Shown: one piece after another, positions 55,009 through 62,716 of the stretch
Numbering within the stretch: position 1 is the stretch's first letter
How the letters are laid out: every line of letters starts with the position of its first letter
NCBI GenBank assembly: GCA_902526175.1
Contig: CABZJY010000002.1
Coordinates: forward strand, 122,372-186,371
DNA length: 64,000 bases
From: an uncultured Alphaproteobacteria bacterium
GTDB taxonomy: Bacteria; Pseudomonadota; Alphaproteobacteria; Methylaequorales; Methylaequoraceae
Reading direction: 5' to 3'
The notes under the pieces: generated by a model
The model's input: only the letters and a program-made list of their open reading frames with translations
The model's database searches: none
Told to the model about the DNA's origin: nothing
Made by a program: the position numbers and the translations under genes

Positions 55009-55314
55009 ATGTTTAACTTTGTTTACGCTCAGGCATCCGGTGCTCAGCAACCGTCACTTTTAGCATCTTTTATGCCTTTAATATTAATTTTTGTTATTTT
55101 CTATTTTTTGTTAATAAGACCACAACAAAAAAAAGCTAAAGAACATAAAGCTTTACTTGATTCAATCAAACGAGGTGATCAAATACTTACAAGTGGTGGA
55201 GTTATTTGTAAAGTAACCAAAGCTGATGAATCCGAATTAACTGTAGAGTTTGCACCAAACGTAAGTGTAAAAGTTTTACGCTCAACAGTTGCAGATGTGA
55301 TAAAGAAGAAATAA
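55009..55314 (+). CDS. yajC: Preprotein translocase subunit YajC
   Basis: FYFLLIRPQQKK, GDQILTSGG; precedes secD. Confidence 0.96.
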   Translation: MFNFVYAQASGAQQPSLLASFMPLILIFVIFYFLLIRPQQKKAKEHKALLDSIKRGDQILTSGGVICKVTKADESELTVEFAPNVSVKVLRSTVADVIKKK

Positions 55315-55316
55315 TC

Positions 55317-56894
55317 ATGCTGAACTATTCTAAGTGGAAACTTTTTTTTGTAATGAGTATCTGTGCATTGAGTATTTTTTTTGTAACACCAAATTTCTAT
55401 GGAAAGAGTGAAATTACAGCTTTACCAAATTTTCTACCAAAAAAACAGTTTAACTTAGGGTTAGATCTTCAGGGTGGTTCTCATCTGCTCTTAGAAGTAG
55501 GAATAATTGATGTATTGAAGGAGAAATCAGAAAATTTAGTTGATGAGGTCAGGTCTATCCTTAGAAATGAAAAAATAAAATACCATCAATTAGGATCAAA
55601 AGGTAAAGGGGCGACTGTCAGTATTAGAAATGTTGAAGATTTTGAAATTGCAAGAAGTAAATTAAGAGAAAAATTGGGAAGAAATTTTATTGTCAGTTCA
55701 GAAAATGATTTAAAATTTGATATTTTATTTACTGATGAACAAGTAAAATATTTATCGGACCAGGCTGTTGATCAATCAGTTGAGGTTATAAGAAAAAGAG
55801 TAGACGAATCTGGAACAAGAGAACCTAACATTCAAAAACAAGGTGATGACAGAATTGTAGTTCAATTACCTGGAGTAAAAGATCCAGAAAGAATTAAGTC
55901 ATTAATTGGACAAACCGCAAAATTAAATTTGCATCTTGTTGATCCTACAACAGTTGAGCTAGCAAGACAAAGAGGTAAACTTCCACCAGGTACTTTCAAA
56001 CTAGAAAATGCAAATCCTGCAGCTTATGAAAAAGAATTTATAATAAAAAAAAGAGTTCTCATGTCTGGTGAGAGGCTTACTAATGCTTCAGCAACAGTTG
56101 ATCCACAGTCAGGAAAATATGTTGTTGCTTTTGAACTTGATAGAAAAGGAGCAAAAAAATTTGGAAAAATAACAACAGAAAATAAGTTTAAAAGACTTGC
56201 AATTATTCTTGATAATAAAGTTATAAGTGCACCACAAATCAGAGAACCAATTACAGGAGGGCAAGGAAACATAACTGGAAATTTTACACCTGAATCTGCT
56301 AATGATTTAGCAGTTCTCCTTAGGGCAGGTTCTTTGCCTGCTCCAATAAAGATAATTGAAGAAAGGTCGGTTGGACCAAGTTTGGGAGCTGATTCAATTG
56401 AAGCAGGTAAAAAGGCACTTATAGTTGGATTCATTGCTGTAATCATTTTTATGATTTTAAAATATGGATTATTTGGAATATTTGCAGATTTAGCGATAAT
56501 TTTTAATTTATTAATTATCATATCAATATTAAGTCTAATTGAAGGTACACTTACTATGCCTGGTATAGCTGGTATAGTTCTTACTGTTGGGATGGCAGTA
56601 GATGCAAATGTATTAGTTTTTGAAAGGATCAGGGAAGAACTTTTATCGGGTAGGTCTCCAATAAATTCAATAGATCTTGGATATAAACAAGCATTAAAAA
56701 CAATATTAGATGCAAATATTACAACACTAATTGCAGCTATATTACTCTTTAATTTTGGTACAGGGCCTATTAAAGGTTTTGCAGTTACCTTATCTATTGG
56801 TATTATATCTTCTATGTTTACAGCTCTAATGCTTACTAAACTAGTCGTAATTTTGTGGATGAAAAAATTTAAACCCGAAAAAATTATTATATGA
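55317..56894 (+). CDS. secD: Protein translocase subunit SecD
   Basis: LGLDLQGG, RIVVQLPG, AIILD, LRAGSLPAP, GMAVDANVLVFERIREE, DANITT. Confidence 0.98.
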   Translation: MLNYSKWKLFFVMSICALSIFFVTPNFYGKSEITALPNFLPKKQFNLGLDLQGGSHLLLEVGIIDVLKEKSENLVDEVRSILRNEKIKYHQLGSKGKGATVSIRNVEDFEIARSKLREKLGRNFIVSSENDLKFDILFTDEQVKYLSDQAVDQSVEVIRKRVDESGTREPNIQKQGDDRIVVQLPGVKDPERIKSLIGQTAKLNLHLVDPTTVELARQRGKLPPGTFKLENANPAAYEKEFIIKKRVLMSGERLTNASATVDPQSGKYVVAFELDRKGAKKFGKITTENKFKRLAIILDNKVISAPQIREPITGGQGNITGNFTPESANDLAVLLRAGSLPAPIKIIEERSVGPSLGADSIEAGKKALIVGFIAVIIFMILKYGLFGIFADLAIIFNLLIIISILSLIEGTLTMPGIAGIVLTVGMAVDANVLVFERIREELLSGRSPINSIDLGYKQALKTILDANITTLIAAILLFNFGTGPIKGFAVTLSIGIISSMFTALMLTKLVVILWMKKFKPEKIII

Positions 56895-57805
56895 TACCTA
56901 CATTAATAAAATTTAAATCAAAATTTGATTTTGAATTTTTTTCTCATAGAAAAAAAGCATTTGTATTTTCGTTTATTTTAATTTTGTCATCTTTTTTTTG
57001 TGTTTTTTATAAAAACTTAAATTTTGGGATTGATTTCGTGGGTGGAATAATGATTGATGCAAAGTTTTCTAATGCACAAGATTTGAATCTCATAAGAGCA
57101 GATTTAGAAAAACTATCAATTGGAAATTTTGAAATACAAGAATTTGGATCTCCAGACAATATATTGATTAAAATAGAAAAAAAAAAAACCGCCAATAAAG
57201 ATGACCAAATGTCTGTTATTAATTCAGTAAAAAGTATATTACCAGCAGATGTTGACTATAGAAGAATCGAGTTTGTAGGTCCAAAGGTTGGTGCTGAATT
57301 AAAAGTTTTAGGTATCAAGGCTGTAATATTCTCACTGATTTCAATGTTTATATATATCTGGTTTCGTTTTTCTGGATGGCAATTTGGGTTGGGCGCTGTA
57401 ATTGCTTTATTTCATGATGTGATATCAACAATTGGTTTTTATTCAATTACACAGATTGAATTTAATTTGTCCTCTATTGCAGCAATTTTGACTATTGCTG
57501 GTTATTCAATTAATGACACGGTTGTTGTTTTTGATAGAATTAGAGAAAATATTAAAAAAGTAGATGAAATAAATTTCGATAAAATTTTAAACACATCTAT
57601 TAATGAAACTTTATCTAGAACCATTATGACATCAGTTACCACTTTAATTGCATTGATTGCACTGTTTGTTTTAGGCGGTGAGGTTATTAAAGGTTTTATC
57701 TTATCACTTATATGGGGTGTTTTAATAGGCACATACTCTTCAATTTTTATAGCAAGCCCATTAATTGCTTTATTAGGTTATAAAAATCTTAAGGTTAGTA
57801 AATAA
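56891..57805 (+). CDS. secF: Protein translocase subunit SecF
   Basis: GIDFVGG, VGPKVG.EL, HDV, GYSINDTVVVFDRIREN, TLSRTIMTS, GTYSSIFIASP. Confidence 0.98.
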   Translation: MIPTLIKFKSKFDFEFFSHRKKAFVFSFILILSSFFCVFYKNLNFGIDFVGGIMIDAKFSNAQDLNLIRADLEKLSIGNFEIQEFGSPDNILIKIEKKKTANKDDQMSVINSVKSILPADVDYRRIEFVGPKVGAELKVLGIKAVIFSLISMFIYIWFRFSGWQFGLGAVIALFHDVISTIGFYSITQIEFNLSSIAAILTIAGYSINDTVVVFDRIRENIKKVDEINFDKILNTSINETLSRTIMTSVTTLIALIALFVLGGEVIKGFILSLIWGVLIGTYSSIFIASPLIALLGYKNLKVSK

Positions 57806-57809
57806 TAAA

Positions 57810-58112
57810 TCATAACCATTTTACACCAAGCTTAGAAATATTTAAAAATGCTTTTCCAATCACCTGTTTTTTTTTAATAGCTCCAATTTTAATTGATGAA
57901 ATACTACTAAAATTTTCACCTTCAAACCAAAGATCACCATTAAGATCTACATACTTCAGTTTTTTTACGATTAATCCGTAAGTATTATGTCTAAATAGAT
58001 AAATAGATTTTTTATTAAATGAAAAGAAAGGGCATGATAAAACAAAACTTTTATTTGGAATACACCCTTCCATACTATTACCTTCTACTAAAAATACTTT
58101 GAAACCAAACAA
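57810..58112 (-). CDS. sodX: Probable NiSOD maturation protease (peptidase S24/S26-like)
   Basis: VEGNSM (Ser), LIVKK (Lys), W..GEN..S, IG.I....VIGK; starts 1 bp after the sodN stop; 100 aa. Confidence 0.8.
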   Translation of the reverse strand: MFGFKVFLVEGNSMEGCIPNKSFVLSCPFFSFNKKSIYLFRHNTYGLIVKKLKYVDLNGDLWFEGENFSSISSIKIGAIKKKQVIGKAFLNISKLGVKWL

Positions 58113-58113
58113 A

Positions 58114-58617
58114 TTATTCTTTTAAATCTGGATATATCAGTTCTTGAGCAGGAGGATACGGACATATTGCTTTGTAAGTTTTAACATTTTTTGTGGTCCA
58201 AAATATTTCTGCAAATCTATTTATCTTCTTCAGTAAATCAATTGTAATTTCTTTATTTACTTCTTGCTTTGCTTTTGAAGTATTCAACATTATGTCATGA
58301 GTTAGTTTATGTAACTCAGGAAATTTTTCTAATTGTGGCTCTTTAATATAGTCACCCCAAATAACTCGAATTTCATCTTTAACCTTAATACCATGTTCTT
58401 CTTTTTGCGAAATTAGTCGAGAAAATTGAGCTTTATCATTTATATCATTACTGTCTTTGTTTTCAAGTTCACTTATTAAATCACAAATCCTTATCATTGT
58501 TAAAACAGAAATCTGAGCATGCATTGGATCATATATCTTGCAAGGTATATCGCAATGCGCTGACACCGTTTGAAAATTGTTTAATTTGTGTATTTTATTA
58601 AAAATTGAATATACCAT
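58114..58617 (-). CDS. sodN: Nickel-dependent superoxide dismutase precursor
   Basis: 20-aa propeptide ending VSA, then the Ni-hook HCDIPCKIYDP; KEEH, IWGDY, AKQ, FAEIFW.TK. Confidence 0.95.
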   Translation of the reverse strand: MVYSIFNKIHKLNNFQTVSAHCDIPCKIYDPMHAQISVLTMIRICDLISELENKDSNDINDKAQFSRLISQKEEHGIKVKDEIRVIWGDYIKEPQLEKFPELHKLTHDIMLNTSKAKQEVNKEITIDLLKKINRFAEIFWTTKNVKTYKAICPYPPAQELIYPDLKE

Positions 58618-58691
58618 TATTAAATCCTGATTAAAAAATGTTAAAATTTTATTATGTAATAATAATTTATATATATTATTAAAATATTCAA

Positions 58692-59303
58692 ATGATAACT
58701 AAAGAGTTAAAAAAAAAAAACTATATCAGGTTTCTTCAATTAGAATATTATGATGCCAAATCACATTATTTTCTTGTTTTAGTTTTTTTACTTGAAATTG
58801 AATTAATAAAAATTTTTGTTTCTTCTGAAGATAAACAATTAAGAGAAATAAAATATCAGTGGTTAATAGAAGAACTTGACCATAATCACTCTAAGTATTT
58901 TATAACTAATGCACTTCAAAATTACAAAAAAAAGTTTAGTAGAGAAATTATTGATTACATAAATGCTTTTAAAGAAATAGAAAATAATGAAAAGAGAGCT
59001 TTTGAAATAGAAACTTTTAAAAAAATTACTCAAAAACTCAATGCTTTAATTCATATTACTAAATTACCAATTAAATTTTCATCAAATTTTCTTTTTTGTT
59101 ATTTTTATTTTTTATATAACGTGAGGGACAAAAGTTTTATAAAAAAAAAAATTTTAGATAAGCACTTTAAAAAATATATTAACAATGAAATTGATGATTT
59201 AGAAATAACCTTTATAAGAATTTTCAGAAAAAAATACAAATTCGAAATAAATAAATTAAGTTTTTTTTATCTTTTGCTTAAAAGAAAACTGTTCAAATCT
59301 TAA
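58692..59303 (+). CDS. Hypothetical protein, probably a highly divergent squalene/phytoene-synthase-like (NDUFAF6-like) protein
   Basis: N-terminal half (NYIRFL...EIELIKI...QLREIKYQWLIEEL) resembles the family pattern D..RYL...E...I.....lgeIRLQWW.E.L; same strand as and downstream of secF; no DDxxD motif. Confidence 0.5.
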   Translation: MITKELKKKNYIRFLQLEYYDAKSHYFLVLVFLLEIELIKIFVSSEDKQLREIKYQWLIEELDHNHSKYFITNALQNYKKKFSREIIDYINAFKEIENNEKRAFEIETFKKITQKLNALIHITKLPIKFSSNFLFCYFYFLYNVRDKSFIKKKILDKHFKKYINNEIDDLEITFIRIFRKKYKFEINKLSFFYLLLKRKLFKS

Positions 59304-59308
59304 ATATA

Positions 59309-62155
59309 TCATCTTTTAATAATTTCATTTAAATAAGAAGAAGTTGAGTTATTTTTATATTTTAAAATCTCATCTAGGCTACCCTGAAATAGTACTTTAC
59401 CTCCCTCATCTCCACCTTCTGGTCCAAGGTCTACTATCCAATCGGATGTTTTAATAACATCAAGATTATGTTCTATTACAATAACAGTATTACCCTTATT
59501 TACAAGTTCATGTAGAACCTCTAACAATTTTTTTACATCGTGGGTATGCAGACCTGTGGTAGGTTCGTCAAGGATGTAAAGTGTTTTTCCAGTAGATCTT
59601 TTCGATAATTCTCTTGATAATCTTATTCTTTGAGCTTCCCCACCAGATAAAGTTGTAGCCGATTGTCCAATTTTTATATAGTCAAGACCAACTCGTATAA
59701 GTGTGTTAAGTTTTGATGAAATCATCGGTATGGCTTTAAAAAAATTATAACCTTCTTCTACTGTCAAATTAAGTACATCCGAAATACTTTTATTTTTAAA
59801 CTTTACTTCTAATGTTTCTCTATTAAATCTTTGCCCGTTACATAAATCGCATTTAACAAAAATATCCGCAAGAAAATGCATTTCTATTCTAATTACCCCG
59901 TCACCTTTACAATTTTCACAACGTCCTCCTTTGACATTGAAAGAAAATCTTCCCGGAGTATAGCCTTTAATTTTTGAATTAGGTAATCCAGCATACCAAT
60001 CTCTTATATGTGTAAAACAACCTGTGTAAGTAGCAGGGTTGGATCTTGGCGTTCTGCCTATTGGACTTTGATCTATTTTTATTATTTTGTCAATATTCTC
60101 AAAACCAATGAGGTCATCATATTTTAAAGGTATTTCTTTACTTAAATTTATTTTCTTAGATAATGCTTTATACAGTGTTTCTATTACTAAAGTTGATTTT
60201 CCTCCTCCCGAAACACCTGTCACTGAAATAAAATTATTTAAAGGTAATTTTACATTGATATTTTTTAAATTATTTCCTTTTGCACCTTTAATTTCTAAGA
60301 TATTTCTAGTATTAACCGGCCTCATACCTAAGTTAGGTTCGATATTCAATTTTCTTGATAAATATTTTCCTGTTAGACTTCTACTATTTTTCTTTACTTC
60401 ATTTGGCTTCCCGTAAGCAATAATTTCACCACCATTTACTCCAGCTTTTGGGCCAATGTCTATAAGATAATCTGCTGCTAATATAGTATCCTCATCATGT
60501 TCAACAACAATAACACTGTTACCTATATCCCTTAGTTTTTTGAGTGTTTGTATTAATTTATCATTATCTTTTTGATGCAAGCCAATTGATGGTTCATCAA
60601 GAACATATAAAACACCTGTTAGTCCAGATCCAATTTGTGATGCAAGCCTAATTCTCTGAGTTTCTCCCCCAGATAATGAGTTAGAACTCCTAGATAAATT
60701 TAAGTAGCCAAGTCCCACATCATCAAGAAAATTTAATCTATTTATTATTTCTTTAATAATTTTTTCAGATATTTCTTTTCTATTACCTGTTAATTTTTTT
60801 TCAAGATGCTCAAACCAATTTTTAGCATCTTTAATTGATAAACTTGAAATTTCAAAAATTGTTTTTTTATCAATTTGTACTGCCATTGCCTCTTTTTTCA
60901 GTCTTGACCCATTACACGAATTACAAATAAACTGATTCATGTATTTAGATAATTCCTCTCTTTGCCATAAATCCGATCTAGCAAGTTTTTTTTCCAAAAA
61001 ACCAATTACCCCATCATAAATTTTAGTTGTTGGTCCCCTCTTAAAATAGGAAAATTTGATATTAATAGGTCTATTATCACCATACAAAATTTGTTCTTTC
61101 ACTGAATCATTTATATCTCTCCATTTTGTTTTAATACTTAGGGAAAAATGGTTAGCAACTTCGTTTGTCAACTCAGTATAAAAAAGATTATTTTTTTTAT
61201 CCCAGGGAATTATTACCCCTTCCTCAAAAGATAAATTCTCATCACCTATTATTAGTTCTTTATCAAAAGTCTCATTAAAACCCAGTCCATCACAATCTTT
61301 ACAAGCTCCATTTGGATTATTAAATGAAAAAAGTCTTGGTTCAATTTCTTCAATTGTAAAACCAGATTCAGGGCAAGCAAATTTTGAGGAAAAAGTTACT
61401 AATTCATTATCATTTAAATTCTCTACATAGATTACACCGTCAGAGATATTTAATGCAGTTTCAACAGATTCTGATATACGAGATTTTAAATTTTGTTCAA
61501 CTTTCAACCTATCTACAACAACTTGAATGTTGTGTTTTTTATTTTTATCTAGTTTTGGTAAGCTTTCATATGTATAAATTTCTCCATTAATCTTAAATCG
61601 TATAAATCCTTTTGAACTATATTCAGCAAGTTCTTTTTTAAATTCTCCCTTTCTATTATTTACTATAGGGGACAAAAGTAAAAATTTAGCATTTTTATTC
61701 ATGTTTAAAATTATATCTACAATTTCTCCCACCGATTGAGACTTAATTTCTTTACCTGTTTTAGGAGAAATAGGTACACCAATTCTTGCAAATAAAAGTC
61801 TCATATAATCATATATTTCAGTAACAGTCCCTACTGTTGACCGTGGGTTTTTAGAAGTTGATTTTTGTTCTATAGATATTGCAGGTGAAAGTCCTTCAAT
61901 AAAGTCTACTTCTGGTTTTTCCATCATATCTAAAAATTGTCTAGCATAAGATGATAAGCTTTCAACATATCTTCTTTGTCCTTCTGCGTAGATTGTATCA
62001 AAAGCTAATGATGATTTTCCTGATCCTGAAAGACCTGTTATTACTACAAGTTTATTTCTAGGTATTTCAATTGAAATATTTTTTAAATTATGTTGTTTAG
62101 CGCCAACAACAATAATTGATTGGTGGAATTTTTTTTTTAGTGCTTTTTTTAACAT
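59309..62155 (-). CDS. uvrA: Excinuclease ABC subunit A
   Basis: [73 protein letters not shown]. Confidence 0.99.
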   Translation of the reverse strand: MLKKALKKKFHQSIIVVGAKQHNLKNISIEIPRNKLVVITGLSGSGKSSLAFDTIYAEGQRRYVESLSSYARQFLDMMEKPEVDFIEGLSPAISIEQKSTSKNPRSTVGTVTEIYDYMRLLFARIGVPISPKTGKEIKSQSVGEIVDIILNMNKNAKFLLLSPIVNNRKGEFKKELAEYSSKGFIRFKINGEIYTYESLPKLDKNKKHNIQVVVDRLKVEQNLKSRISESVETALNISDGVIYVENLNDNELVTFSSKFACPESGFTIEEIEPRLFSFNNPNGACKDCDGLGFNETFDKELIIGDENLSFEEGVIIPWDKKNNLFYTELTNEVANHFSLSIKTKWRDINDSVKEQILYGDNRPINIKFSYFKRGPTTKIYDGVIGFLEKKLARSDLWQREELSKYMNQFICNSCNGSRLKKEAMAVQIDKKTIFEISSLSIKDAKNWFEHLEKKLTGNRKEISEKIIKEIINRLNFLDDVGLGYLNLSRSSNSLSGGETQRIRLASQIGSGLTGVLYVLDEPSIGLHQKDNDKLIQTLKKLRDIGNSVIVVEHDEDTILAADYLIDIGPKAGVNGGEIIAYGKPNEVKKNSRSLTGKYLSRKLNIEPNLGMRPVNTRNILEIKGAKGNNLKNINVKLPLNNFISVTGVSGGGKSTLVIETLYKALSKKINLSKEIPLKYDDLIGFENIDKIIKIDQSPIGRTPRSNPATYTGCFTHIRDWYAGLPNSKIKGYTPGRFSFNVKGGRCENCKGDGVIRIEMHFLADIFVKCDLCNGQRFNRETLEVKFKNKSISDVLNLTVEEGYNFFKAIPMISSKLNTLIRVGLDYIKIGQSATTLSGGEAQRIRLSRELSKRSTGKTLYILDEPTTGLHTHDVKKLLEVLHELVNKGNTVIVIEHNLDVIKTSDWIVDLGPEGGDEGGKVLFQGSLDEILKYKNNSTSSYLNEIIKR

Positions 62156-62235
62156 TACTATAAATCAATTGAACATTAACTATGTTATTAATATAATTTG
62201 ATGTTATTATAGATAAAGGTTTAAGTGTATTATTT

Positions 62236-62697
62236 ATGGCAGGATCAGTAAATAAAGTAATTTTAATAGGAAATTTGGGCAGTGAACCCGAAGTAAGGGT
62301 GTCGCAAGATAATAAGAAATTAGTAAGATTATCTATTGCTACCTCAGAAAACTGGAAAGATAAAGTATCAGGTGAGAGAAAAAGTAAAACAGAATGGCAT
62401 AGAGTAGTAATATTTGCCAGTGGATTAGCAGATATAGCAGAAAAATACCTTAAAAAAGGGTCGAAAGTTTATTTAGAAGGTCAATTACAAACAAGAAAAT
62501 TTAATGATCAAGCTGGAAATGAAAAATACACAACAGAAATTGTTTTACAACAATACAATTCTTCTCTGCATTTGCTCGATTCCAAAGGAGAAAACTATGA
62601 TAATACTGAAAAGATACTAAACATTGATGATAAAACTGCTGTCGATGATATACCCAAAATGGACAATCTAGACGTTGACGATGATGTCCCTTTTTAA
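62236..62697 (+). CDS. ssb: Single-stranded DNA-binding protein
   Basis: [32 protein letters not shown], acidic tail DDDVPF. Confidence 0.98.
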   Translation: MAGSVNKVILIGNLGSEPEVRVSQDNKKLVRLSIATSENWKDKVSGERKSKTEWHRVVIFASGLADIAEKYLKKGSKVYLEGQLQTRKFNDQAGNEKYTTEIVLQQYNSSLHLLDSKGENYDNTEKILNIDDKTAVDDIPKMDNLDVDDDVPF

Positions 62698-62716
62698 AAA
62701 CATTAAATATTAAAAC

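Noticed and set aside
740..61590. About 30 short antisense or out-of-frame ORFs in the track (e.g. 56024-56521, 47883-48284, 52476-52832, 60087-60416, 53873-54100)
   Set aside because: All lie within or across well-supported housekeeping CDSs and show no recognisable motifs; they are typical shadow ORFs.
59309..62155. UvrA zinc-finger Cys-to-Ser changes (CPESG, PISPKTG)
   Set aside because: These variants are typical of alphaproteobacterial UvrA.
62176..62191. Possible CtrA boxes (TTAA...TTAA) at uvrA/ssb and at 58631-58644
   Set aside because: Spacers are 8 and 6 nt rather than 7, and TTAA is ubiquitous at this AT content.
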